A stretch of 57,623 nucleotides of DNA from a virus. Under the pieces are notes generated by a model that saw only the letters and a program-made list of their open reading frames with translations, was not told where the DNA came from and searched no databases. Positions 26,403 to 34,618 of this stretch are shown here, in pieces; the stretch's first letter is position 1, and every line of letters begins with the position of its first letter. The translations under genes and the position numbers were made by a program. The stretch is taken from positions 1-57,623 of the IMG/VR virus record IMGVR_UViG_3300048915_000124; one strand, given 5' to 3'.

Positions 26403-27464
26403 GTGGCGAACACCGTCGTCGTGTCGACCGCGGACTCGAATATGGATGATGTGCCGCTGTGGCAGCAGGCGTCCGGCGGTGACGCGGCGATCAGCTACAC
26501 CGGCGCCGCCGATCGCGGCCTGCTCGACGCGCTGATCGCCGCCGAGGGGATCCTGTCGTTCGGGGCGTTGAAGGTCACCCAGCGGGGTGCGGGTGCGAAC
26601 TTCTCTGTTGACGTGGCCGCCGGGATGATCGCGATTCTGGGGGACAACGCCGCGAACCAGGGTAAGTACGTGGCCCGAACGTTGGGTGTCGTGAACGTGG
26701 TGACGCCGACCGCCCCCGGGTCCGGTACCCGCGTCCACCGGATCATCGCCCGGGTCCGCGACAAACAGGTCATCGGGTCCGGCACCTACGACTGGACGTT
26801 GGAACTCCTCGAAGACACCGGGACGGGCACCCCGGCTGAGCCGTCGTCGGCGGTGACCCTCGCAACCGTGTCGATCGCCGCAGGGCAGGCGTCCGTGCTC
26901 AACGCGAACATCACCGACCTGCGGCCCTACGCGCAGACGTTCAACAACGCCGGCCTGATCGCGGTGACCACCTTGACGGGTACCGCCGCGTCGGTGACGT
27001 TCTCGTCGATCCCGCAGATCTACCACAACCTGCGTCTCGTCGGGATCGCCCGGGGTGACACCGCCGCCGCGTTCGTGACGGTCGGGTTGCGGTGCAACGG
27101 CGACTCCGCCGCGAACTACGACTCCGAACAGATCGGCGCGTCGGGCAGCACCGCCGGAGCATTCGAGTCGATCAACGAGACGTTCGGGCAGGTCGGTGAG
27201 TGCACCGCGTCGACCGCCCTCGCCGGCAGCGCCACCATTTGGACGATCACGATCCCCCACTACACGCAGACGACGTGGTGGAAGTTCTGGACGGCGAGTC
27301 ACATGCTCAACGACCAGACCGTCGGTGGGGCGTCCGGTGGGGTGATGAGTAAGCATTGGGCGGCGCGGTGGCGGAACACCGCCGCGATCACCTCGTTGAC
27401 GCTGTTGCCGTCGGCGGGGAACTTCGTCGCGAACTCGGTGTTCGCCCTGTACGGGGAGATTTGA
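26403..27464 (+). CDS. minor tail / fibre-like protein
   Basis: 353 aa in the tail block. ...VSIAAGQASVLNANITDLRPY... resembles fibre N-domains. Confidence 0.5.
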   Translation: MANTVVVSTADSNMDDVPLWQQASGGDAAISYTGAADRGLLDALIAAEGILSFGALKVTQRGAGANFSVDVAAGMIAILGDNAANQGKYVARTLGVVNVVTPTAPGSGTRVHRIIARVRDKQVIGSGTYDWTLELLEDTGTGTPAEPSSAVTLATVSIAAGQASVLNANITDLRPYAQTFNNAGLIAVTTLTGTAASVTFSSIPQIYHNLRLVGIARGDTAAAFVTVGLRCNGDSAANYDSEQIGASGSTAGAFESINETFGQVGECTASTALAGSATIWTITIPHYTQTTWWKFWTASHMLNDQTVGGASGGVMSKHWAARWRNTAAITSLTLLPSAGNFVANSVFALYGEI

Positions 27465-27466
27465 CC

Positions 27467-27724
27467 ATGGCCCGGACCGCTGTCGACGTGAACGCCACGA
27501 CCCGCAACGTCGTCGTCCGCCCGTTCACCGCGCAGGAAGAGACCGACAAGGATGCGGTGGAGGCGGCGGCGGCGACCGTGGCGACCGCCCGGGCGCAGCG
27601 TCTCGCCCGCCGGGCGGCGGCCCGGGCCCGGATCATCGCGCGGGCGCAGAACGCCGACGGGCTCGGCGCTGTCGCGCAGGCCATCATCGAAGCGTTGGAC
27701 CTTGACGCGCCGGATGTGTCGTGA
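27467..27724 (+). CDS. hypothetical helical protein (85 aa)
   Basis: Internal ATG of ORF 27356..27724, 3 nt after the upstream stop. Confidence 0.5.
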   Translation: MARTAVDVNATTRNVVVRPFTAQEETDKDAVEAAAATVATARAQRLARRAAARARIIARAQNADGLGAVAQAIIEALDLDAPDVS

Positions 27725-28851
27725 CCGGTTGGACGTGGGCGGTCGGCCCGTGGCGGCCCGGCGCGTCGAGCAAAGCCCTGTGGACGGCGCGGGGTGGTGG
27801 CCCGCTCGCCGAACTCGCCACCGCGACCGGGCGGCGTTTGCGCTGCAAACTGTCCGAACCGTCGGAAGCCTCGTTCACCCTGCCCGGTGGCGACGACACC
27901 GCCGGGCTCGTCGAAGACCTCATCACCGACCTGTGGGTGTACCGGGCCGGGACGGTCGGCGCCGTGTTCCGGGGCCGGATCATGGGGCCCGACTCCGACA
28001 CGTTCGACGCCGGGCAGGGCCACACCGTCGCGTTCGCCGCGCAGGACTACCGGGGCGTGCTGGACCGGCGCCTCGCCATGGCCGACCGGACGTGGACGGG
28101 GATCGAACAGTCCACAATCGCGTGGGATGTGATCACCGACATGCAGGGGCAGGTCGGCGGGGACTACGGCCTGATCAAAGGGACGTGGCCGACAACCGGG
28201 GTCACCCGCCCCAGCGTGATCGTGAAGGCTGGTGACCAGGTGTGGTCGGGGCCGTTGAAGAAACTCGCCGGGATGGAAGGCGGGTTCGACTTCGACATCG
28301 ACGGTGACCTCGTCGCGAACCTGTACTACCCCGGGCGGGGTGTCGACAACGGTGTCGTCCTCGACTACGGCGGGATGGTTGCCGGCGGCACCCGCACCTT
28401 CGATCCCAGCACGTTCGGGAACGCGATCCGGCAGTCGGGCGCCGACGCGATCGCCATCACGACCGCCGCTGTCCCCGACCTCGCGTCCACACCCGAGGGC
28501 CGCTGGGATGTCCAGTTCTCCGACCCGCAGTTGACCACCGCCGACATGGTCGCGAAGACCGCCGCCGCGAACCTCGCCACCGCATCACAACCCACCCCCG
28601 GATGGACGTTGAAGTTGGCGCGGGGCCGGTGGGGCGGGCCCGGGCATGTGTGGTTGGGCGACTGGGTGACGGTGGTCGTGAAGACGGGCCGGCTCGGTGA
28701 CGTGTTCACCGCCCGGGTCACGCAGGTCGACATCGACTTGGGCGACGGCGGCGCCGAGGACGTGACCGTATACGCCGGCACCCCGATCCCCGACCGGCGC
28801 ACCGTGCTCCGGGGGATCGGCCGCCGGTTGCAGGTCCTCGCGAAACGGTAG
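27721..28851 (+). CDS. tail tip protein (Tal / tail-endopeptidase-fold-like)
   Basis: 376 aa, the last gene of the tail block. LRCKLSEPSEASFTLPGGDD...DLWVYRAG...FRGRI resembles siphoviral Tal N-domains. Confidence 0.55.
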   Translation: MTGWTWAVGPWRPGASSKALWTARGGGPLAELATATGRRLRCKLSEPSEASFTLPGGDDTAGLVEDLITDLWVYRAGTVGAVFRGRIMGPDSDTFDAGQGHTVAFAAQDYRGVLDRRLAMADRTWTGIEQSTIAWDVITDMQGQVGGDYGLIKGTWPTTGVTRPSVIVKAGDQVWSGPLKKLAGMEGGFDFDIDGDLVANLYYPGRGVDNGVVLDYGGMVAGGTRTFDPSTFGNAIRQSGADAIAITTAAVPDLASTPEGRWDVQFSDPQLTTADMVAKTAAANLATASQPTPGWTLKLARGRWGGPGHVWLGDWVTVVVKTGRLGDVFTARVTQVDIDLGDGGAEDVTVYAGTPIPDRRTVLRGIGRRLQVLAKR

Positions 28852-28890
28852 GGAGCCAGATGGCACGCACGGCGGGGATGGCCGCATCTT

Positions 28891-29313
28891 CTAGGCTGCG
28901 GCGTTGCCATGTTTGTGGTTGAGGATCAGTTGACATACGACAGCCAGTTCGCGCGGGCGTTGCGCCAATCGGGTAACAAGCCAGAGCAACAGTTCATCGC
29001 TGGCGTGGAACCACTCGCTAGTGCCGATCCGATATCGGTGCCACATGCGGTGATGGCGTCGTTCGTCAATCTGCCCGCCAGGGAAGGTGAGGAGCACGTC
29101 GGCACGCAGTTCTCCGCCCCGCCGTTTCAGGTCTGATGATCGACCTATCTTGATGTGGCAACCGTCGGTGGCGTAGTAGACGTGCTCGACGGCCCCGCGA
29201 GGTATCTCAAACAGCGTTGCCTGCAACATGGGTAGATGGTCTGCCGTGTGCCGTAGCAACGCAAACCTCGATCGGATGGGGTTCGTGCCGGCCGTGCCGT
29301 CGTTGTTGGTCAA
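28891..29313 (-). CDS. T5orf172 / GIY-YIG-like domain protein (free-standing, opposite strand)
   Basis: VYYATDGCHIKIGRSSDLKRRGGEL...ERRHHRMWHRYRIGTSEWFHASDELL fits the T5orf172 pattern. Lower-GC island. Alternative start at 29229. Confidence 0.65.
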   Translation of the reverse strand: MTNNDGTAGTNPIRSRFALLRHTADHLPMLQATLFEIPRGAVEHVYYATDGCHIKIGRSSDLKRRGGELRADVLLTFPGGQIDERRHHRMWHRYRIGTSEWFHASDELLLWLVTRLAQRPRELAVVCQLILNHKHGNAAA

Positions 29314-29425
29314 CGTCTATCGCTGTCTGTCGCTGGGTATCGCTGGTGGTCGTTGCGTGCATCCAGTGCACGAGTGAATGTGACGGATGTCACAGACATC
29401 TTGTGAGACGAGAGTAGGTAATTGG

Positions 29426-30496
29426 ATGGCACGCAACGGCGGAGATTATGCCTGGGGCCGCCCGTCTATCGCCGCGATGAAGGCGGCCGGGTGGACGTTC
29501 GTGTCCCGCTACCTGTCGTACGAGTCCGCGGCGTCGGGCAGCGGGAAGAACCTGTCCGCGGCGGAGGCCCGAACCCTGTTGGCCGGTGGCATCGATGTGG
29601 TGTCGAACTGGGAGTGGTGGGGCGACTGGGCGCACGACTACTCCGGCGGGTACGCGCGGGGTGCGCAACACGCCCGCGACGCCAACACGCAACACCTGAA
29701 CTGCGGCGGCCCGCCCGGACGGCCCATCTACTTCTCAACCGACTTCGACCCGACCGACGCGCAGCTGCCCACGATCGCCGACTACTACCGGGGTGCCGCC
29801 TCCGTGCTCGGGCTGGCGCGGGTCGGCGCGTACGGCGGCTACCGCACCATCAAATACCTGTTCGACCACGGGGTCATCCGCTACGGCTGGCAAACCTACG
29901 CCTGGTCCGGTGGGCGGTGGGATCCCCGCGCGCAGGTCCGGCAGGTCCGCAACGGCGTGCTCGTCGGCGGGGTCGACTGCGACTTGGATACGGCGCTCGT
30001 CGACGACTTCGGCCAGTGGGGCGGCGCGTCCGCACCCGACACGACCGCAACGCAGGAGGACCACATGCTCAGGCTCGGACAGACCACCGGCTCCGGAACC
30101 ATCTTCGTCGGGAACGGGTATTGGGTGTGGCCACTCCCGTCGTATGACGCGGTGCAGCGGCAGCAGGCGGCGATCGCCGCGGCCGGCGGCGACAACTCGA
30201 TCCACACGTTCCCATCCGAGGACGCGATGCGCGCCGCGTTGTCCCCGGTCGCGGTGGCCCTCGCCGCCGTCGGTGGGGCCCTGTCCGCCGCAGCCGGGGA
30301 TGTAACCGCCGTGAAGGCCGCGGTGGTCGCGTTGGCCGCCGCCGGCACCAGCGCCGACACGGCAGTTCTGGTCGCGAAGATGGAAGAAATCTCCGCTGAC
30401 GTGCTGGCCCGTGAAGACGCCCGGATCAAGGCCATCGCGGATTTGCAGGCGAAGGTCGCCGACGCGCTCACCATCGACCCGCCGCCGACGCCGTGA
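29426..30496 (+). CDS. endolysin, DUF1906 / Rv2525c-like glycoside-hydrolase domain plus Ala-rich C-terminal region
   Basis: DYAWGRPSIAAMKAAGWTFVSRYLS...LSAAEARTLLAGGIDVVSNWEWWG. Located after the tail genes and before the holin. ATG at 29426 inside ORF 29387..30496. Confidence 0.7.
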   Translation: MARNGGDYAWGRPSIAAMKAAGWTFVSRYLSYESAASGSGKNLSAAEARTLLAGGIDVVSNWEWWGDWAHDYSGGYARGAQHARDANTQHLNCGGPPGRPIYFSTDFDPTDAQLPTIADYYRGAASVLGLARVGAYGGYRTIKYLFDHGVIRYGWQTYAWSGGRWDPRAQVRQVRNGVLVGGVDCDLDTALVDDFGQWGGASAPDTTATQEDHMLRLGQTTGSGTIFVGNGYWVWPLPSYDAVQRQQAAIAAAGGDNSIHTFPSEDAMRAALSPVAVALAAVGGALSAAAGDVTAVKAAVVALAAAGTSADTAVLVAKMEEISADVLAREDARIKAIADLQAKVADALTIDPPPTP

Positions 30497-30807
30497 CCGG
30501 GGCGGGGTTCCGGTCCGAGCCGCACGTCGCGACGACCGCCGCGCCGTGTCTCGTCCACAAGACCCACAGCCCGAAGTCGCACGTCAACGAGGTCCACCAC
30601 ATCTGGCCGCTCGGGCACGGCGGCCCGAACGTGTCAGAGAACCGGATCGTCGTGTGCGGGACGGGCCACTCGTCCATCCACGAACTCCTGAACGCGTGGT
30701 TGAAAGCCGACGGTGACCCCGGCTGGGATGTGCGTATCCGCTACACCCCCGGCGAACGCGCCGTCGCGAGGCTCGGCTTCGAGCGGATCAAACGGCAGGC
30801 CATCTGA
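30493..30807 (+). CDS. HNH endonuclease
   Basis: NEVHHIWPLGHGGPNVSENRIVVCGTGHSSIH. Sits between the endolysin and holin genes. Confidence 0.8.
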   Translation: MTGAGFRSEPHVATTAAPCLVHKTHSPKSHVNEVHHIWPLGHGGPNVSENRIVVCGTGHSSIHELLNAWLKADGDPGWDVRIRYTPGERAVARLGFERIKRQAI

Positions 30808-30815
30808 CATGCGGC

Positions 30816-30847
30816 GACGCCCGACCACGGGGGCAAAGTCGGGCGTC
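30816..30847 (+). terminator. hairpin (10-bp perfect stem GACGCCCGAC/GTCGGGCGTC, 12-nt loop)
   Basis: Read directly from the sequence, 9 nt after the HNH stop. No U-tract. Confidence 0.4.
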
Positions 30848-30930
30848 GTCTCGGCGGAACTATGGAACCACACTGCGCACACACAGTGTAACCCCCGCAC
30901 CACCCGTCCACAGGAAGGTGGACAAGACCA

Positions 30931-31281
30931 ATGAACCCCAGAAACGAACCCGCCGGCATCATCGGACTGCTCACCGCAGTCCTCGCGTTCGTCGTATCCC
31001 TGAACCTCCACGGCCTGTCGTCCGTGCAGGCCGGCTACATCGTCGGTGCGGTCACCGCCGTCGGTGGGCTCGTCGTCGCGTGGCGGACCCGGCCCGTCGC
31101 ACCCGGCGTCATCACCGCCGCGATCTCCGCCCTGGCCGCGTTGGCGACGGCGTACGGGTTCCACCCCCGCGCCGCGGTCGTCGGGGCGGTCGCCGCGCTC
31201 GCCGTCGCGCTGTCGTCGTTCCTGACCCGCGGGCAGGTGTCCCCCGTCGGTGTCACACCCCGCCCGGTCCGGGCCGAATAG
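30931..31281 (+). CDS. holin-like multi-pass membrane protein
   Basis: 116 aa with about four hydrophobic helices (IIGLLTAVLAFVVSL, YIVGAVTAVGGLVVAW, VITAAISALAALATAY, VVGAVAALAVALSSFL). Located in the lysis cassette. Confidence 0.6.
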   Translation: MNPRNEPAGIIGLLTAVLAFVVSLNLHGLSSVQAGYIVGAVTAVGGLVVAWRTRPVAPGVITAAISALAALATAYGFHPRAAVVGAVAALAVALSSFLTRGQVSPVGVTPRPVRAE

Positions 31282-31307
31282 CCGGGCCCCGCTCCTCCCA
31301 CGGTCCG

Positions 31308-31339
31308 CCGCCCCCGCCGTCTCCCCACGGCGGGGGCGG
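31308..31339 (+). terminator. strong GC hairpin ending the rightward late operon
   Basis: CCGCCCCCGCCG-tctcccca-CGGCGGGGGCGG, a 12-bp perfect stem 27 nt after the holin stop. Gene orientation changes shortly after it. Confidence 0.6.
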
Positions 31340-31442
31340 CTTCCGCATGTCTACCCTCAACAGGTGGGACTCGCGGTCTGGATTCGTTGGGTTTGATCCG
31401 CGAGCAGGCACCTTGGCGGGTAGGGGCGCATACCGTTACCCC

Positions 31443-32024
31443 ATGACCACGACGTACGTCAATACGCAGACGGTTCGCCACGCCCGACCCAAACGGGGCC
31501 GGCACAGACGCACCCACCCCGGCCGCCGCGCCGCCCTCGTCGCCGTCGTGCCGGTCGCGGTGTGGGCGGCGACCCTCACCGCCGGCCCGGCTAGCACACC
31601 CCACCCGATGTGGGTAGCCCCACCGGCCATCGACCGAACAGCCACCCCCACCCTCGTCCCGTCGAACCCCAGCGTGGATACTCCCGCACCGTCGCCGGAC
31701 AGTCCCGGACGGCACCGGACAACCATGCCGCCGCCGATGCGCGCACCCCAACCGCCCCGCACCCGGCCAGCGCCACCCACCCGGACCGCACCGGCACCCG
31801 CACCGGTGACGACGACGCACCGGTACACCATCAACAACCCGGCCACCCCCACGGTCAGCCCGACCCGGGGCATGAAGAAGCCGGCACCGCCGAGACGGCA
31901 CCGGCACCGGAACCCCGCACCTACCCCCAGCCGCGACCGGACCCGACACGTACCCGACCCGGCCGTGGTGCGGCCCACCGCCCGTTGTGGACGACGTTCC
32001 CGAACGGGTGGAGCCGGCGGATAG
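31443..32024 (+). CDS. membrane-anchored Pro/Thr-rich protein (193 aa)
   Basis: Internal ATG of ORF 30918..32024. Basic N-terminus, TM helix AALVAVVPVAVWAATLTAG, then a P/T-rich region. G/C-rich third positions until the last ~15 codons, which overlap the convergent gene. Confidence 0.4.
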   Translation: MTTTYVNTQTVRHARPKRGRHRRTHPGRRAALVAVVPVAVWAATLTAGPASTPHPMWVAPPAIDRTATPTLVPSNPSVDTPAPSPDSPGRHRTTMPPPMRAPQPPRTRPAPPTRTAPAPAPVTTTHRYTINNPATPTVSPTRGMKKPAPPRRHRHRNPAPTPSRDRTRHVPDPAVVRPTARCGRRSRTGGAGG

Positions 32025-32286
32025 TCGCCCGTTCCTCAGCACGGGCGCGTGGCACCGACGGGTACCAGCGGATCTTTTTGCGGCGCGGGTCGACCGATGA
32101 CCACCACCAGGACTTCCGGCGGTGCTTGTTGTCGCGGACCGGCGGGTTGCAGCTCATCCCGACGTACACGATCCGCCCGTCCCACCCGTAGTGCTCGTAC
32201 ACGGCGCAGCGTCGGCGGCGGGCGGCGATCCACGCGAGGATGAGACATCCGATGCCGCCGGCCAGCGGCCAAGCCCACCCGATCAC
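31921..32286 (-). CDS. GIY-YIG-like nuclease domain protein with N-terminal TM helix
   Basis: GTG at 32286 overlaps the upstream stop (GTGA). IGWAWPLAGGIGCLILAWIAA, then VYEHYGWDGRIVYVGMSCNPPVRDNKHRR...AEERATIRRLHPFGNVVHN. Confidence 0.55.
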   Translation of the reverse strand: MIGWAWPLAGGIGCLILAWIAARRRRCAVYEHYGWDGRIVYVGMSCNPPVRDNKHRRKSWWWSSVDPRRKKIRWYPSVPRARAEERATIRRLHPFGNVVHNGRWAAPRPGRVRVGSGRGWG

Positions 32287-32609
32287 GGGAAGTCCCTCCG
32301 GTGCGGCGTCATCGGCATCGAGAAGCCGCACGGCGGCACCTCGGGATCGACCGGCGGTTCCTCGTCGTACTTGGCGTACGTCTCCGTAACCTGCCGGTTG
32401 TCGTCGCGGTTGCCCACGCACACCGCCACCCAGCCGGTCAGGTAGTCGGCGCCGTGCCAACGGTCACCGACGCCAAAGCTGAGCGAGATCTCCACGAGGT
32501 ACGGATGCAGTCGGCCGCCGTTGCAGCGGGGGCACAGCGGCTGCCCCGATCCGGGGCTCATATTGACCTTGGCGAGCAAATCCAGTTGTACCGCAGTCGT
32601 GTCGCTCAC
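32283..32609 (-). CDS. hypothetical protein (CPRC zinc-ribbon-like)
   Basis: ORF track. Coupled to both neighbours. Confidence 0.55.
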   Translation of the reverse strand: MSDTTAVQLDLLAKVNMSPGSGQPLCPRCNGGRLHPYLVEISLSFGVGDRWHGADYLTGWVAVCVGNRDDNRQVTETYAKYDEEPPVDPEVPPCGFSMPMTPHRRDFP

Positions 32610-32827
32610 GGTTGTTCGCCCCGTTCCCGCAGGCGGCGTTCCGCACGCCGATACGCCGCCTCCACCGGATCAACCCGCCCGGCCGGCTCGACCAGCACCC
32701 GCGTCGACATGAGCACACCGACCCACTCGTCGTCGTCCTCAACCACGAACATGACCATGAGTGGTGGTACGACACAGCCGTGGTACGCGCCTGGCCCGTC
32801 CACGCGTCGCCGCTCCACACCGTCCAT
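32606..32827 (-). CDS. hypothetical protein (73 aa)
   Basis: ATG at 32827 inside ORF 32606..32842, 2 nt after the upstream micro-ORF stop. Confidence 0.5.
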   Translation of the reverse strand: MDGVERRRVDGPGAYHGCVVPPLMVMFVVEDDDEWVGVLMSTRVLVEPAGRVDPVEAAYRRAERRLRERGEQP

Positions 32828-32829
32828 CG

Positions 32830-32952
32830 TCAACCGTGGCAAGGACAGTCGCAGTCGGGATCAGGTCCGGGGTACGCCCCGGGGTCGTTGGGGTCATATG
32901 GCATCTCGTCCGCGCAGTCGCAGTCGAGGCAGCCGTCGTCTAGGTCTTCCAT
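32830..32952 (-). CDS. 40-aa Cys/Asp/Pro-rich micro-protein (below the ORF-track cut-off)
   Basis: GAGAGGAA RBS 6 nt before the ATG. MEDLDDGCLDCDCADEMPYDPNDPGAYPGPDPDCDCPCHG. G/C-rich third positions. Fills the gap between two operon genes exactly. Confidence 0.45.
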   Translation of the reverse strand: MEDLDDGCLDCDCADEMPYDPNDPGAYPGPDPDCDCPCHG

Positions 32953-32955
32953 CGC

Positions 32956-33198
32956 TCAATTCCTCTCGGCTGGCACGAACTCCAACAACAGGCCACCATC
33001 CGCCGCCAACGCCACCCTCGGCGCGAACCCCTCGACGCAGCGCAGCCACAGCACACACGGCGACCCGTCCGGCAGTGTCGCCTCCACCTCGAACAGCCGC
33101 CGCCCCGCCTCAACCCGCAACACCCGCACCGGGGCGAGCGCCGGCCGGCGGGGTGGGGCCTGCCACACCGGCGGGGCACCCCACACCAACGCCGTCAC
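32956..33198 (-). CDS. hypothetical protein (80 aa)
   Basis: ORF track. GTGA-type coupling upstream. Confidence 0.5.
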   Translation of the reverse strand: MTALVWGAPPVWQAPPRRPALAPVRVLRVEAGRRLFEVEATLPDGSPCVLWLRCVEGFAPRVALAADGGLLLEFVPAERN

Positions 33199-33572
33199 CG
33201 TGACACCGCCGACGTGTCGAGCAGCGCCAGCAGACTCCGGGCGTACAGGCCGATCTGCCCCGTCTCGTTGTGCCCGTCCGTCCGCAGCCGCTCCACCAGC
33301 ACAACCAGCGGCGGGGCGTACGCGTCGAGGGTCGCCGCCGCGATCCGCAACGTCGCGATCGCGTTCGCCCGCGCGTACGAGAACGCGTCGAGGTCGTCGG
33401 CCGCCTTCCGCAGCGCCGCGACCATCGCGTCCACATCCGGGTACAGCCGCCCGTCGGCGATGTTCAGCCAGTCCCGGCGGTGCGCCGACCGGACATGCCC
33501 GAAGAACACCGCGTCGGGTACCTCCACCGGGGCGGGGTGGGAGGCGTGCGTGCAGAACGTCACCGCGCTCAC
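33195..33572 (-). CDS. hypothetical helical protein (125 aa)
   Basis: ORF track. Coupled to its neighbours. Confidence 0.55.
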   Translation of the reverse strand: MSAVTFCTHASHPAPVEVPDAVFFGHVRSAHRRDWLNIADGRLYPDVDAMVAALRKAADDLDAFSYARANAIATLRIAAATLDAYAPPLVVLVERLRTDGHNETGQIGLYARSLLALLDTSAVSR

Positions 33573-33718
33573 CGCCCCGCCGGGTGGATCGCGTCGGCGA
33601 ACTGGAACGCCGCGTACATCACCGTCACCTCAACGAACAACGCCACGACCAGCACCACCGCCGCCAACGCCAACAGCCACGTCGGCAACGTCGGGCGGGT
33701 CTGCGTCTCAGTCTCCAT
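33569..33718 (-). CDS. single-TM small membrane protein (49 aa)
   Basis: ATG at 33718 inside ORF 33569..33775. LPTWLLALAAVVLVVALFVEVTVMY. Confidence 0.5.
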   Translation of the reverse strand: METETQTRPTLPTWLLALAAVVLVVALFVEVTVMYAAFQFADAIHPAGR

Positions 33719-33725
33719 CAGGTCT

Positions 33726-34028
33726 TCATCCTCTCGCCGCGGCCAGCGCGGCCCACAGCAACAGCAGGACAGCAACGCCGCCCAGCACGGTCACCAACCC
33801 CGACGCCGGCCGCCGGAACGCCAACTTCCCAGCCACCGCGACCGCGCCGACAGCGGCGACCGCAGCCAACCAGGCGTGCGGCACGGTAGCCCACAGGTAC
33901 GACAGGAACGCCCACCCAGCGACCCCGGCGAGCGCGGCCAACAGGACCGGGCCGAACAGGACGAGCAGCGGATGCCGCCACCCGAGCTTCGCCCACGCCG
34001 ACCGGCGCGCCGTCCGCCACCCGCTCAC
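33726..34028 (-). CDS. multi-pass small membrane protein (100 aa)
   Basis: Three hydrophobic helices (PLLVLFGPVLLAALAGVAGWAFL, AWLAAVAAVGAVAVAG, LVTVLGGVAVLLLLWAAL). Confidence 0.55.
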   Translation of the reverse strand: MSGWRTARRSAWAKLGWRHPLLVLFGPVLLAALAGVAGWAFLSYLWATVPHAWLAAVAAVGAVAVAGKLAFRRPASGLVTVLGGVAVLLLLWAALAAARG

Positions 34029-34288
34029 GCCGCCACATCCTCACCGGCCTGCAGGATCCCCCGCTGGTAGGCGAGCGCGACCGCGTGGGCGCTCGTCGAC
34101 GCGCCGAGCGCCCACCGGACCCGCCGCACATGCGTCCCCACAGCCTGCCGGCCGAGGTGCAACCGCGCCCCGATCTGTTTCTGCGTCAGGCCCTCGGCGA
34201 GCAGCGTCACGACCTGCATCTGCCGGCCCGTCAGGATGCCGCCCGGCCCGACCCGACGCCGGGGCAGCGGCGTCACATTCGCGTCCAT
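34025..34288 (-). CDS. LuxR/GerE-type HTH regulator (87 aa)
   Basis: LTGRQMQVVTLLAEGLTQKQIGARLHLGRQAVGTHVRRV. ATG at 34288 overlaps the upstream stop (TAATG). Confidence 0.7.
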   Translation of the reverse strand: MDANVTPLPRRRVGPGGILTGRQMQVVTLLAEGLTQKQIGARLHLGRQAVGTHVRRVRWALGASTSAHAVALAYQRGILQAGEDVAA

Positions 34289-34611
34289 TACCGGTTCACG
34301 TCCCAACGCGGCGCGGACGCCGCCTTCAACGGCACCACGATGTACCGGTTGTAGTCGATCCACAGCATCCCCGCCGCGACGCCGGTCTGCCGGGCCAGCT
34401 TCGCCATGTACCGCAGGTGCCGGGCGACGACCGTGCCCGGGGACCGGCCGAACCGGTTCCGGTCGATGGGGAGTTGGTCCCACTGCACCGCGCACGACGC
34501 GGCGAGGTTGTCCCACCCGATAGCGATCGCGGATGTCTCGTCCTGCACGGTGCGGACGAACCGGTCGAGTTTGCTTGAACAGTCGAGGTCCGGAACGGTC
34601 AAAGTCGGCAT
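34288..34611 (-). CDS. hypothetical protein (107 aa)
   Basis: ORF track. Coding-like composition. Confidence 0.55.
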   Translation of the reverse strand: MPTLTVPDLDCSSKLDRFVRTVQDETSAIAIGWDNLAASCAVQWDQLPIDRNRFGRSPGTVVARHLRYMAKLARQTGVAAGMLWIDYNRYIVVPLKAASAPRWDVNR

Positions 34612-34618
34612 GATTCCA

